This document shows positions 28,748 to 39,190 of a stretch of DNA of 64,000 bases, in pieces (positions within the stretch are counted from its first letter, which is position 1; every line of letters begins with the position of its first letter). The stretch comes from a virus. The notes below the pieces were generated by a model, which saw only the letters and a program-made list of their open reading frames with translations, was not told the DNA's origin and searched no databases. Where the stretch lies: the IMG/VR virus record IMGVR_UViG_3300011113_000396, positions 49,453 to 113,452 of that record; one strand, written 5' to 3'. The translations under genes were made by a program, and so were the position numbers.

Positions 28748-31303
28748 ATGCCGATAAATTTTCCCAATTCACCAAGCATTGGAGCTACCTACGACTACGA
28801 AGGTATTCATTATATTTACAATGGTATAGGCTGGGTCAACAAAAGCATTTTTGGTATTTCAGCTGGAACTAATATTAGCTTTACTAATTATAATGGCACT
28901 GGTCCTCTAATTATTTCAGCGATAGATACTACTGGTATAACCAGCGCAGTAACATCATTCAATGGTAAAACAGGTGCGGTTCAGGGAGTATCTAGTTTTG
29001 CTGGGCTAACAGGAACAGTTGGTTCTGGAATAACCACAAACGGAATTTTATATTTTGATGGTTCTGACGTTCAAGGATCAGCACTCCTGACATTTAATGG
29101 TTCTGATATAGTTCTTGATACATCTGGTCATTTTGATGGGAATATACTTGGTAGATCTGAAGTCTATATTAAAGCAGATGAAGCAATAAACGAAGGAGAT
29201 CCAGTTTATGTTACTGGTTCTGTTGGTGCGTCTGAGCGATTGACTGTTGCAAAAGCCGATTCAGCAATTTCTGCAAAAATGCCTGCTGCTGGTATAGCCG
29301 CTCAAAGTTTAGCTTCGAATGGTGAAGGAGTAATGATTATTAATGGCTGGGTCCGGAATTACGATACGACGGGGCTAACAGCAAATCAAATACTATTTGT
29401 TGCTTCTGGTGGTGGTTTGACCGCTACAAGACCAACATCTGCTGGAGTATTGGTTCAGAACATAGCAAGAGTTGGCAGACCAAACCACGCAAACGGCTCA
29501 ATCATTGTAACTGGAGCAAGTAGAGCAAATGATGTACCAAACACTATTCGCGTATATCAGTACATTGAGATGCCAGATGGATTTACGTTCAATACTGTTG
29601 TTTCTAGTTTCAATGGAAACACGGGAGCTGTTCAAGGAATATCAGCAGCTGTTGCGGGATCTGGTATCAGTGTTTCTGGTGCTACTGGATCTGTTACTAT
29701 TACCAATACTGGTGTCTTGAGTTTTAATGGTAATACTGGAGCAATCCAAGGTGTATCTTCCATCAATGGAGCAACTGGTGCAATTACAAGTGTTGCGTTT
29801 ACAAATGCAGCACAGACTTTTAGTGCTTTACAGAGTTTTAGTTCTGGTATTTCTGCTAGTAGTGGGATTACTTTTGGAAATAATTTAACAATTAAAACTG
29901 GATCAGGGGATTTAACGATTGGTTCTAATTCAGGACCATTAAATACTCTTGTAATTGGGAATGCATCGTTAGCATCAAATAATACTATAGCTAACTCTAT
30001 TATCATTGGCAAAAATGCAATGTCATCTTCTGGTGTAAATTCTGCTGATTCTTTTGCAATAGGTTTAGGAGCGTTGAATTCCAATGATGCTACTTCAAAT
30101 TTTGGTATTGGGGTAGCAGCAGGATATAGCACTACTTTAGGTGGTGAAAATTTCTTTATTGGAAATAATGCTGGTTATGATTGTGTTGAAGGTTCTGGAA
30201 ATGTCGCCATAGGTCCAGCAGTATTACAAAATATTAATAATGGAACAGAAAATACAGGTATTGGATATTCGTGTTTATTTAGTTCTGTTGACACTAATTT
30301 CAATACTGCTGTTGGATCTGCTTCTTTACAAAATACATCATCTGGATCCGAAAATACTGCTATCGGATATGCATCTTTAGCAACTAACCTTACAGGAGCA
30401 GGAAACGTAGCACTTGGATATAATGCTGGTTTATATAGAGGCACAGCATCATTATCAAGAACTACTGGTACTGGTGGAATTTATATTGGATATCAAGCAA
30501 GAGCATCAGCTAATGCAATGACCGATGAAATCGTCATCGGTAGAAATGCAGTTGGTCTTGGATCAAATACAGCAGTCATTGGTGCAACTGCACAATCATC
30601 TGCCACGATTTATGGAGTAATGAATCTTCCGGGTGGATTGAGTGCTTCTGGTGGAATTACTTTCAATAGTAACATACAAATCAATAATAAAGCAATTCTT
30701 GGATCTGCTGCTTTAGGAGCAGCAACTCCCGGTTGTATTGAATTTGATGGAAATGTGGTTTATGCAGGAACTACCGCTGGTAGAGGAGTTGTAAGTACTC
30801 AACAAATATCAGTAATGACTGCGGCTACTAAATCTTTATTAAATGCTACGGGAGATCAAAATATTTTTGATACTCCACAAGATGTAATAACATTGGCTGC
30901 AAATACGACATATCAGATTGAAGGTTATATTCTCCTTTCAACAGGTACAACTACCCTTAGACATTTATCTTTGAGATTTACTCAAGGTATTGTTGCTAAT
31001 CCTCCAACAATACATTTTGCGACAATAGGCGTTCCTACCACTAGTGGCGGAGCAGTAAGAGCACAAGACACAGCATTCTTCAACACTACCACTGGAGGAG
31101 TGATCACCCAAACTACTTTTAATACTAATAGCTACAATGTATTTATTAGAGGTTTAATAAAAACTGTAGATTCTGTTACTATAACACCACAAATAGCATT
31201 CAGTGCAGCACCGGGAGTCACAAATACTGTTAATTTCGGTACATATATTTCATTCATTCCGATTGGAAATGGATCGATGGCATCTGTAGGGCCTTGGGCA
31301 TAA
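28748..31303 (+). CDS. Tail fibre / receptor-binding protein
   Basis: MPINFPNSP start; repeated V.SFNG.TGAVQG; N.A.G..AL beta-roll (YadA-head-like) repeats; GATAAATA late box. Confidence 0.8.
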   Translation: MPINFPNSPSIGATYDYEGIHYIYNGIGWVNKSIFGISAGTNISFTNYNGTGPLIISAIDTTGITSAVTSFNGKTGAVQGVSSFAGLTGTVGSGITTNGILYFDGSDVQGSALLTFNGSDIVLDTSGHFDGNILGRSEVYIKADEAINEGDPVYVTGSVGASERLTVAKADSAISAKMPAAGIAAQSLASNGEGVMIINGWVRNYDTTGLTANQILFVASGGGLTATRPTSAGVLVQNIARVGRPNHANGSIIVTGASRANDVPNTIRVYQYIEMPDGFTFNTVVSSFNGNTGAVQGISAAVAGSGISVSGATGSVTITNTGVLSFNGNTGAIQGVSSINGATGAITSVAFTNAAQTFSALQSFSSGISASSGITFGNNLTIKTGSGDLTIGSNSGPLNTLVIGNASLASNNTIANSIIIGKNAMSSSGVNSADSFAIGLGALNSNDATSNFGIGVAAGYSTTLGGENFFIGNNAGYDCVEGSGNVAIGPAVLQNINNGTENTGIGYSCLFSSVDTNFNTAVGSASLQNTSSGSENTAIGYASLATNLTGAGNVALGYNAGLYRGTASLSRTTGTGGIYIGYQARASANAMTDEIVIGRNAVGLGSNTAVIGATAQSSATIYGVMNLPGGLSASGGITFNSNIQINNKAILGSAALGAATPGCIEFDGNVVYAGTTAGRGVVSTQQISVMTAATKSLLNATGDQNIFDTPQDVITLAANTTYQIEGYILLSTGTTTLRHLSLRFTQGIVANPPTIHFATIGVPTTSGGAVRAQDTAFFNTTTGGVITQTTFNTNSYNVFIRGLIKTVDSVTITPQIAFSAAPGVTNTVNFGTYISFIPIGNGSMASVGPWA

Positions 31304-31315
31304 TAGGAGATTAAT

Positions 31316-31615
31316 ATGGCATTAATAAAATCATTTCAAGCAGTCAATGGCAACACATACACTTATTGGAGAATCGAAAAAATAGATCTTCAGCCAAAGC
31401 AAAACATTTGTGTAATTCGTGCTGTGGGTTACGCAGATCAAGCAGCAAGCACACAAGAAATGGCTCAAAGATATAACAAAATATTTGCAGTTGGTGATGA
31501 TTACTCTACTTACTTTGATTATTCTATACTTGATATGTTAGGAGAAAATCAGACACATCAAGCATATGAATTCTTAAAAACTCAATCATTCTTTTCCGGT
31601 TCTACAAACGCATAA
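31316..31615 (+). CDS. Fibre-associated/chaperone-like protein
   Basis: Follows fibre gene; YWRI...AY.FLKT...F pattern; AGGAG SD. Confidence 0.55.
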   Translation: MALIKSFQAVNGNTYTYWRIEKIDLQPKQNICVIRAVGYADQAASTQEMAQRYNKIFAVGDDYSTYFDYSILDMLGENQTHQAYEFLKTQSFFSGSTNA

Positions 31616-31626
31616 TAAATAATCAT

Positions 31627-32067
31627 ATGCCAGCAGGAAGATATGACATCATCGCAGAACAAGGAGCCTCCTTCAAGATCCAATTTGATTATTTGTATGC
31701 TGGAGTCGGAGGAACTGGAATAAGCTTGAGTAATTATACTTGCAGAATGCAAGTTAGAAAGTCTGCGTTAGACGAAAAAATTCTAATGGATCTTTCTATT
31801 TCTGGATTGACTTATGGCGGAACTACTGGTTTTTATCAACCCGGAGTCATAACTGGATCTACAGGAGTTGGTGGAATTACTCTTAATAGAGATATAAATG
31901 GTTCTGTTAAGAATGGCGGTATTTTGATAACAGCATCTTCTACTGTAACTAAATCGTTACCAGTAGGAAGACATCATTATGATCTTGAATTGACTAATAC
32001 TGTCTCTGGTGATGTTTTAAGATTACTTGAAGGTACATTCGAAGTTAATAGAGAGGTAACACGATAA
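31627..32067 (+). CDS. Virion structural protein (BppU-N-like)
   Basis: AGRYDI..EQGA.F, Y..RMQVR, YDLEL....V.RLLEG.F.V..EVTR; late box AATAAATA 5 nt upstream. Confidence 0.6.
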   Translation: MPAGRYDIIAEQGASFKIQFDYLYAGVGGTGISLSNYTCRMQVRKSALDEKILMDLSISGLTYGGTTGFYQPGVITGSTGVGGITLNRDINGSVKNGGILITASSTVTKSLPVGRHHYDLELTNTVSGDVLRLLEGTFEVNREVTR

Positions 32068-32219
32068 TGCAGCTTGTTAATCTATACGGAGACATGGCAA
32101 GTACGGTATTGGTGGTAACTCCCACAAATTATTCTGCTGTAATAAAAGTAAACTATCCAGATTATCTAAATTATGCTACAGTACTAGTACCCGGACCATT
32201 CCTCTCCGATACAATTTAA
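32067..32219 (+). CDS. Small 50-aa hypothetical protein (not in ORF track)
   Basis: TAATG-coupled to upstream gene: MQLVNLYGDMAS...FLSDTI; fills the gap to the next promoter. Confidence 0.5.
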   Translation: MQLVNLYGDMASTVLVVTPTNYSAVIKVNYPDYLNYATVLVPGPFLSDTI

Positions 32220-32223
32220 TTTC

Positions 32224-32251
32224 TTGACTTTTACGCAATTTAGTGTAAACT
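32224..32251 (+). promoter_or_regulatory. Sigma70-type promoter (leaderless) for dUTPase
   Basis: TTGACT-N16-TAAACT, 6 nt before ATG 32258. Confidence 0.7.
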
Positions 32252-32257
32252 TTTACT

Positions 32258-32764
32258 ATGGAATCACTAGGAATTTATAAGCTTCATCCGACAGTACAAT
32301 CACCAAGTCTTCAAACAGATAATTCGGCCTGTGCTGATGTATTTGCATTCATTCAAGGCAAAGAAATTACTGTTTATGATCGATACAACAGCAAGAGTAC
32401 CATCAAGACTGATGCGAATTCTGTTTCGATTCGAATCGGACCAAAGGAAAGAATTCTAGTTCCTACAGGAATCATTCTAGACATTCCAAAGCACTTCTCA
32501 GTGCGTATGCACCCTCGCTCTGGTCTTGCGATCAAGAAGGGCCTTGCTCTAGTCAACTGTGAAGGCGTAATCGACTCTGACTATGTGGAAGAACTCATGA
32601 TTCCATTGGTCAACACAAGCGATATTTCGTATGATATCGGTCATCAAGAACGAGTTGCCCAAATGGAACTTGTTCGTACTGAACATTTTGTTTATAATCA
32701 CATTTTTGAAAGACCTACACAGAAAACAAATAGAAGCGGTGGCTTCGGGAGCACAGGAGAATAG
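32258..32764 (+). CDS. dut: dUTPase (trimeric)
   Basis: SACAD, PRSGLA, GVIDSDY, RVAQ, RSGGFGSTG. Confidence 0.96.
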   Translation: MESLGIYKLHPTVQSPSLQTDNSACADVFAFIQGKEITVYDRYNSKSTIKTDANSVSIRIGPKERILVPTGIILDIPKHFSVRMHPRSGLAIKKGLALVNCEGVIDSDYVEELMIPLVNTSDISYDIGHQERVAQMELVRTEHFVYNHIFERPTQKTNRSGGFGSTGE

Positions 32765-32795
32765 TTGTCGAATATTCTAACTAATATATAGTTAG

Positions 32796-33389
32796 ATGAA
32801 AAAAAGAATACAATCAAGAGTTTACAGAAAAATATACGAAAACTATTATGGGGTAAAAATTCCTAAAGGAATGCATATACACCATATAGACGGAAATAGA
32901 GAAAACAACGATCCTTTAAATTTAAAGTTGTTAACTCCAAAAGAACATTTTGCTATACATTTAGAACAAGGCGATCCTATTTGTCAACATGGAAAATTTT
33001 TACAAGGAGCATCTGAAGCGGGTAAAAAAGGAGGAAGATCTACCTCGTTAAAAAAAGTAAAATGTTGTGCTGATAATATGAAAAAAAATAGAAGAGCCGA
33101 TTTAGGAGCAAAAGCTTCTGTGGAGGCAAGAAAAAAAGCAAAAACATTTTTCTTTTCCGAAGACTATCAAAAACAACTCCAAAAAAGATTAAAAGAACAA
33201 AAAATTGGACCCTATTCAGATGAACATAAAGAAATGGTAAGCAAATTAGGTAAATCAAAAGGAAAAAAACCAATTTACGGAGATAAAACATGGGTTAGTT
33301 CTTACGAAGCTTCCGTAGAAACTAAGTTACCAGCAAGTACAATTAGATATCGTTGTAGAAATAATATTAAAGGATGGAGATATGAATAA
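32796..33389 (+). CDS. Free-standing HNH homing endonuclease
   Basis: HIHHIDGNRENND..NL.LLT..EH..IH; C-terminal HTH-like tail; AT-rich. Confidence 0.85.
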   Translation: MKKRIQSRVYRKIYENYYGVKIPKGMHIHHIDGNRENNDPLNLKLLTPKEHFAIHLEQGDPICQHGKFLQGASEAGKKGGRSTSLKKVKCCADNMKKNRRADLGAKASVEARKKAKTFFFSEDYQKQLQKRLKEQKIGPYSDEHKEMVSKLGKSKGKKPIYGDKTWVSSYEASVETKLPASTIRYRCRNNIKGWRYE

Positions 33390-33705
33390 TATGAATAGAG
33401 AAGAACTTTTTAAGCATCATAGCGAATTATGTGAGAAAGCATTTGATATTCTTGTTGCAAAAAATAACGATTATGCTTCAGGAAAAGATCCCTTTTCCAA
33501 TTTCAGAAAAGGTGAAATATTTAATCTATGTTCGACGGAAGTTGGTATTCTTTTAAGAATTACTGATAAGATGTCTCGTTTATCTACATTTGCCAAAGAA
33601 GGAAAACTTTCCGTAGAAAACGAAGGTTATCAGGACGCAATTCTAGACATCATGAACTATTGCGTTCTATTTTCGGCTTATGTAAAGTCTAAGGATGATG
33701 CTTGA
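33382..33705 (+). CDS. DUF1599 / nucleotide-modification-associated domain protein
   Basis: KNNDYA...PFSNF, GILLRITDKMSRL, DAILDIMNY. Confidence 0.7.
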   Translation: MNNMNREELFKHHSELCEKAFDILVAKNNDYASGKDPFSNFRKGEIFNLCSTEVGILLRITDKMSRLSTFAKEGKLSVENEGYQDAILDIMNYCVLFSAYVKSKDDA

Positions 33706-33729
33706 TTTGTGATCAACTGCCAGTATAAT
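33702..33729 (+). promoter_or_regulatory. Sigma70-type promoter (leaderless) for gp43
   Basis: TTGATT-N16-TATAAT, 6 nt before ATG 33736. Confidence 0.7.
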
Positions 33730-33735
33730 TCACAC

Positions 33736-36285
33736 ATGAACTTTTACACATGTGTTGAGATTCGTGGCAACAAGATTCTTTATAGAGGGGTGGAAGATGG
33801 GAGTCGGGTCTGTAGGGAAATTCCTTACAGGCCCACTCTTTATTCTTATACCCACAAACCATCCGATTGGAAGACTCTTGATGGTAGGGCTGTAGAGCCA
33901 ATCAAGCCCGGTACAATCACAGAGACTAGAGACTTTCTAGATCAGTACGCCAATATTTCTGGTTTCTCTATCTTTGGGCAAACTGACTTCATCTACCAGT
34001 TTATTGGTGAAGAATTTCCCAATGACATTGATTATAAGGTAGATCAAATTGTTACTGCCTTTATTGATATTGAAACCAAGTGTGAGGCTGGGTTTCCGAA
34101 CATTGAAACTGCCAATGAACAGGTGATTGCGATCACCGTGCGGATCAAGAACAAGTCTTATGTCTATGGCTTAGGTACTTTCCACATTGACAATCCGAAT
34201 GTTAGCTGTCATCAGTATGACAACGAAAATCAAATGCTTAAGGACTTTATTGAGTTCTGGGAGCAGCAAAAGCCTGACATTGTAACTGGATGGAACGTCA
34301 GATTCTTCGATATTCCATATCTTTATAATCGAATTTCTTACCTGTTTGGAGAAGATACGGCCAATCGCCTATCTCCTTGGAAGAAAGTAATTAAGAAGAA
34401 GATCGACACCAAGTCATCTCGCGGAGAGCAAACCGCCTGTGATATTATTGGCGTATCTACTCTAGACTACTACGAGTTGTATAAGAAGTTTACTTACACC
34501 AATCAGGAATCTTACCGATTGGATTATATTGCTTCTGTTGAACTCGGTGAAAAGAAACTGTCTTATGATGAATATGACAGCCTGAGAGAATTCTACAAGC
34601 AGGACTTCAATAAGTTCATTCACTATAACTTCCATGACGTAGAACTGGTCTTCAAATTGGATCAGAAGATGAAGTTGATTGAACTTGTTCTTGCTGTTGC
34701 ATATTCAGCAAAGGTGAATCACGAAGATGTTTATAGCCAAGTTAGGACTTGGGACACCATCATTTACCACGAACTCAGTAAGAAGAATATTGTTATTCCT
34801 CCAAAGAAGGAAGCAATTAAAGAGGCACAATATGCTGGGGCGTATGTAAAGGATCCAATTGTAGGGATGCATGAATGGGTAGTTTCATTTGACTTGAACA
34901 GTCTGTACCCACACTTGATCATGCAATATAACATCTCTCCAGAGACAAAGGCGGACTGTGGATCTTTGTTTGGCCGTGGTGTTGTAACCCCAGATATGAT
35001 TTTGGATGATACCAACGATGCCAAGAAATTCACAGGACTTGCGAAGAAAGAAAACGTAAGTCTCGCCGCCAATGGTGTAGCATTTACCAAGAAGTTTCAG
35101 GGCTTTCTACCGAAGCTTATGGAGCAGATGTACGAAGAGCGAAGCCTGTACAAGAAGAAGATGATTGAGGCTCAGAAGACTCTTGAAAAGCTAGATCCTG
35201 ATGCTCCGCAGAGCGTTAAGGAAGAGCTTGAATTCTTGATTGCCAAGTACAATAATTTCCAGATGGCGCGTAAGATTCAGTTGAACTCTGCTTACGGTGC
35301 GATTGGAAACGAATACTTTCGGTACTATGACGAAGCCAACGCGGAAGCAATTACTATTTCAGGACAGCTTTCCATTCGCTGGATTCAGGGTAAGATCAAT
35401 GTCTTGCTAAATGGAATGCTTAAGACTGATGACGATTATGTGATCGCAAGCGATACTGATTCAGTATATGTGAACATGGGTCCTATTGTTGACAAGTTCT
35501 GCGAAGGAAAGACCAAGGAACAGACAGTAGATTTCTTGGACAAGTCTTGCAAGGAACTGGTCGAGCCTTTCATCAAGAAGTGCTACGAAGAACTCGCCAA
35601 CAAGATGAATGCTTATGGAAATAAAATGAGCATGAAGCGAGAATCTATCGCGTCGAAGGGTATTTGGACAGCCAAGAAGCGATATGTGCTCCTAGTACAC
35701 GATTCAGAAGGTGTTAGATACGCAAAGCCCAAGATTAAGATCATGGGCATTGAAACTACTCGTTCATCCACACCACAAGTAGTCCGCGATGAACTGAAGA
35801 AGTGTATTGAAATCATTATGTTGCTCGACAACAATACTCTGCTCAATTATATCGATGAATTTAGGAAGCGATTCAAGAAGCTTCCGGCTGAGGATGTTGC
35901 ATTCCCCAGATCAGTCAATGGTATGAAAGACTATACTGATTCCCTGAATATCTACAAGAAGGGAACCCCCATTGCCGTTAAGGGAGCACTGATTTACAAC
36001 CATTATATCAAGAAGAACAAACTGGAGAAAAAGTATCAGTTGATTCGTGATGCTGACAAGATTAAGTTTGTATATCTAAAGACTCCGAATCCGATTGCTG
36101 GTTGCTTTGGCAAGGATCAGGTTATCTCCTTCTATTCGTCTTTGCCGAAAGAACTTGATTTATCGTCTTATATCGACTATGATACTCAGTTTGAGAAAGC
36201 GTTCTTGGATCCACTCAAGAGCATAATCGAAGCTATCGGGTGGAAGACAGAAAACAGAAATACTCTGGAGTCATTATTTGCATAA
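33736..36285 (+). CDS. gp43: DNA polymerase, family B
   Basis: DIET, GWN..FFDIPY, SFDLNSLYP, KIQLNSAYG, SDTDS, KKRY. Confidence 0.98.
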   Translation: MNFYTCVEIRGNKILYRGVEDGSRVCREIPYRPTLYSYTHKPSDWKTLDGRAVEPIKPGTITETRDFLDQYANISGFSIFGQTDFIYQFIGEEFPNDIDYKVDQIVTAFIDIETKCEAGFPNIETANEQVIAITVRIKNKSYVYGLGTFHIDNPNVSCHQYDNENQMLKDFIEFWEQQKPDIVTGWNVRFFDIPYLYNRISYLFGEDTANRLSPWKKVIKKKIDTKSSRGEQTACDIIGVSTLDYYELYKKFTYTNQESYRLDYIASVELGEKKLSYDEYDSLREFYKQDFNKFIHYNFHDVELVFKLDQKMKLIELVLAVAYSAKVNHEDVYSQVRTWDTIIYHELSKKNIVIPPKKEAIKEAQYAGAYVKDPIVGMHEWVVSFDLNSLYPHLIMQYNISPETKADCGSLFGRGVVTPDMILDDTNDAKKFTGLAKKENVSLAANGVAFTKKFQGFLPKLMEQMYEERSLYKKKMIEAQKTLEKLDPDAPQSVKEELEFLIAKYNNFQMARKIQLNSAYGAIGNEYFRYYDEANAEAITISGQLSIRWIQGKINVLLNGMLKTDDDYVIASDTDSVYVNMGPIVDKFCEGKTKEQTVDFLDKSCKELVEPFIKKCYEELANKMNAYGNKMSMKRESIASKGIWTAKKRYVLLVHDSEGVRYAKPKIKIMGIETTRSSTPQVVRDELKKCIEIIMLLDNNTLLNYIDEFRKRFKKLPAEDVAFPRSVNGMKDYTDSLNIYKKGTPIAVKGALIYNHYIKKNKLEKKYQLIRDADKIKFVYLKTPNPIAGCFGKDQVISFYSSLPKELDLSSYIDYDTQFEKAFLDPLKSIIEAIGWKTENRNTLESLFA

Positions 36286-36895
36286 TCTAAACATTAGTCA
36301 ATTTTATTGCTTTCTTCGTAAGGAACATATGTACCAGCACCAAGACCATATTGGTGAATTTGATAAGGTAATGGTATTTGGAATTCAATCTTGCTCAGGA
36401 AGCGCGATGACTTTCCATGTCATGACTGACTATGGATTGGTTAGAAGTAGAGTCCCAATCCACATGTTGTGCTGGAAACAAGATGCACCTCCTATGCCTC
36501 TGGATTATCTACAGCTGTGGGATTGCTTTCATGAAAATGTTTCTGTTGTAGAATATGATGCTTTATTTGATACAAGAGCAAAGGTTATTCTGAAAGATAA
36601 GTCAGAGCATTGGGGGGAATACGTTATGACATTTGATTGGTATCGAAATTCTTATTCCGATGAACCATCTCAGTATAAATGTCTTCATATGATTGCTTTG
36701 GACAATGGCAACTACACTCTACAACCAAATAATAGAATCTATTGGAAGAATATGTCATTTGTAACTAAACCTTTTCCTACAAACCCGGATTTCAAGGTTG
36801 ACAACAAGAGTTGGAGATGCGAGGGAGAAAGTGATCGCTGGATCATTGACGGACACGACGATAATTACTATTATGATATCAAGGAGAATAAATAA
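36278..36895 (+). CDS. Hypothetical phage protein
   Basis: Overlaps both neighbours; LQLWDCF, Y..TFDW, LDNGNY.LQPNNRI motifs. Confidence 0.7.
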   Translation: MHNLNISQFYCFLRKEHMYQHQDHIGEFDKVMVFGIQSCSGSAMTFHVMTDYGLVRSRVPIHMLCWKQDAPPMPLDYLQLWDCFHENVSVVEYDALFDTRAKVILKDKSEHWGEYVMTFDWYRNSYSDEPSQYKCLHMIALDNGNYTLQPNNRIYWKNMSFVTKPFPTNPDFKVDNKSWRCEGESDRWIIDGHDDNYYYDIKENK

Positions 36896-37800
36896 TGGAT
36901 TTTTTAAAGGAAATGATTAATGCGTCTGGTAACAAATTTGCTAGCAAAGTCGAAGACGGTCTTGACGGATCTGATGTTGGTGGGTATGTTGATACTGGGT
37001 CTTATGCTTTTAATGCTCTTCTTTCTGGCAGTCTTTTTGACGGTTTACCTAATAACAAGATTACCTGTTTGGCTGGTGAGTCTGCTACTGGCAAGACTTA
37101 CTTCAGCCTTGGTATCGTTGCACAGTTTCTTGCAGCCAACCCCGAAGGCGTAGTACTATACTTTGATACCGAACAGGCAGTAACTAGCGACATGTTTACA
37201 GAGCGCGGTGTGGATCCTACTCGCGTTGCTGTTTTCCCAGTAGAAACAGTTGAAGAGTTCCGCCACCAGTGCCTGACAATCGTTGACAAGGTTCTTGCGA
37301 CAGACGAATCTGAGCGCAAGCCGATGATGATTGTCCTTGACTCACTGGGCATGTTGAGCACTGCCAAGGAAATGAATGATGTCGCTGAAGGTAAGAATAC
37401 CCGCGACATGACACGCGCACAAGTCATCAAGGGAACCTTCCGTGTTCTTACGCTGAAGCTTGGCAAGGCCAAGATTCCCATGGTTATGACAAACCATACT
37501 TATGATGTCGTTGGTTGCCTATCAGACGATGTCAATGTCCTAATGGAAGATGGAACGGTGAAGAATATCTCTGATGTTGTGGTTGGAGACAGAGTGGAAA
37601 CAATGGGCGGATCATCCTCAGTTACCAAACTATTTTCGTATGATGTGAATGAAGTTATTGAAGTTGAACTAAGTGATGGTACAACTTTCTTTGCTACCCC
37701 AAATCACAAGTTTATGACAAGAGATGGTTCTTGGAAACCTATCTCAGACATCGGGGAGGGTGAGGATATTCTTGCTGTCGAGGAGTTTGCGAAGTCGTGA
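36895..37800 (+). CDS. uvsX: UvsX recombinase N-extein fused to split intein N-half
   Basis: [32 protein letters not shown] then CLSDD...TPNH; stop after 94 intein residues. Confidence 0.93.
   Translation: MDFLKEMINASGNKFASKVEDGLDGSDVGGYVDTGSYAFNALLSGSLFDGLPNNKITCLAGESATGKTYFSLGIVAQFLAANPEGVVLYFDTEQAVTSDMFTERGVDPTRVAVFPVETVEEFRHQCLTIVDKVLATDESERKPMMIVLDSLGMLSTAKEMNDVAEGKNTRDMTRAQVIKGTFRVLTLKLGKAKIPMVMTNHTYDVVGCLSDDVNVLMEDGTVKNISDVVVGDRVETMGGSSSVTKLFSYDVNEVIEVELSDGTTFFATPNHKFMTRDGSWKPISDIGEGEDILAVEEFAKS
37516..37797 (+). mobile_element. Split intein N-half (94 aa) in uvsX
   Basis: Cys1 block [22 protein letters not shown], block B ATPNHKF; acidic. Confidence 0.9.
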
Positions 37801-38382
37801 ATAAGGAATACCAATACTCTTCGCTGCCCATCGAATGCTTGGATATGAAACTCCATTCACGACAACTTCCTTTGATCTTGGATCACATAGGGACTTCTTT
37901 AGTTTGTATGAATCTGATGTTACCGATTCCTTCCATTTTGTGGAGTTTCGTCTACCTTCAGATAATGCCTCTCCATCGTAGTTTTTTCGCAAAATGTCGG
38001 GGTCTATTGTCTTATATGTTCTACGACCTTCTGCATATGCTTGCTTCAAAGAAATGGATCTTTTGGTACGGGATTGTTCTGAATGGATTTTTCCCTTCAG
38101 AGAATCTGAAATGTTTTTCTTCCAATCAACCGAAGAGTCAGATTTTATGAACTTTTGGAATCCATCTTTGGCTAGTTCTATTCGTGTCACTTCTGCTTCT
38201 TCGGTCTTTCCGGAAAGCATTTTCCAAGCCACAAAGTCTTCTTGTTTGCCGTGTTTCTCATATAGGAGTCTGTGTGCTTCTGCGTGTTCTTTAACAGAAA
38301 GAAGAACAAGATTTGATGGGTCATCAGTTCCACCCATGTGTCTTGGTATTATATGATGTTTATGTTTTAAATTAATTTGCAT
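37744..38382 (-). CDS. HNH homing endonuclease, antisense, between the uvsX halves
   Basis: [20 protein letters not shown]...EHAEAH; NUMOD3-like KG..HSE..R.K.S; C-terminal V.GV.YPSI..AA HTH. Confidence 0.9.
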   Translation of the reverse strand: MQINLKHKHHIIPRHMGGTDDPSNLVLLSVKEHAEAHRLLYEKHGKQEDFVAWKMLSGKTEEAEVTRIELAKDGFQKFIKSDSSVDWKKNISDSLKGKIHSEQSRTKRSISLKQAYAEGRRTYKTIDPDILRKNYDGEALSEGRRNSTKWKESVTSDSYKLKKSLCDPRSKEVVVNGVSYPSIRWAAKSIGIPYSRLRKLLDSKNILTLPDV

Positions 38383-38415
38383 TACCCCATATGTATGGTT
38401 TAGGAGATTTAAACA

Positions 38416-38925
38416 ATGAGTATTCTACAAATAGTAAAAAAGACGGTACACACTAATCGTCCAACCAAGGTTTATGATTTTACTGTCGAAAACGACCACC
38501 ACTATATTCTTTCCAACGGAGTTATTTCCCACAACTCTTATGTTCCAATGAAAGAACTAGGTGGTGGATCTGGTCTAAAATATGCGGCTTCTACTATCGT
38601 AACATTGTCCAAGAAGAAGGACAAGCAGGATGATGAAGTTGTAGGTAATATCATTACTTGCAAGCTTTACAAGAGCCGACTAACCAAGGAAAACAAGATC
38701 GTTCAGGTTCAACTGAATTTCGATAGCGGTCTGAACCGTTACTACGGTCTTGTTGACCTTGCCTTGGATTACGGTATCTTCAAGAAGAACTCTACCAAGA
38801 TTGAGCTTCCTGATGGTACAAAGGTGTTTGAGAAGCATATCAACGAAGAACCTGAGAAGTATTTCACTCAGGAGATTCTAAAGCAAATTGATGAGCGCGT
38901 TCAGGAGGATTTCAAGTATGGCTGA
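38416..38925 (+). CDS. uvsX: Split intein C-half (40 aa) fused to UvsX C-extein
   Basis: TAGGAG SD; [20 protein letters not shown] then [26 protein letters not shown]. Confidence 0.93.
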   Translation: MSILQIVKKTVHTNRPTKVYDFTVENDHHYILSNGVISHNSYVPMKELGGGSGLKYAASTIVTLSKKKDKQDDEVVGNIITCKLYKSRLTKENKIVQVQLNFDSGLNRYYGLVDLALDYGIFKKNSTKIELPDGTKVFEKHINEEPEKYFTQEILKQIDERVQEDFKYG

Positions 38926-39190
38926 TGTATTATTCTGTGACGGACATGACAATGCATTTATGGGTCTTATGTGGAGATTCGGACATACTGCTCCAATCGC
39001 TGCATATAGTAGACCAACAATAATAAAGAATCTAATGTCAGAAGGTATGACCCACGATGATGCTGAAGAATTTTTTGAATTCAATATAATCGGTGCATGG
39101 GTTGGAGAGGGTACTCCATGTTTCATTGAAACTATAGGAATTGATGAGGCAAAAGAAGTTGTAAAGGACTACAGCGATGAAGAAGTATAA
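38918..39190 (+). CDS. Hypothetical phage protein
   Basis: DGHD.AF.G, GMT..DA.EFFEFNI.GAWVGE.TP; start likely 38918. Confidence 0.7.
   Translation: MADVLFCDGHDNAFMGLMWRFGHTAPIAAYSRPTIIKNLMSEGMTHDDAEEFFEFNIIGAWVGEGTPCFIETIGIDEAKEVVKDYSDEEV

Noticed and set aside
27346-30600. CRISPR array or diversity-generating retroelement in the repeats
   Set aside because: Repeats are in-frame protein repeats with synonymous variation; no adenine-specific TR/VR pair or reverse transcriptase seen
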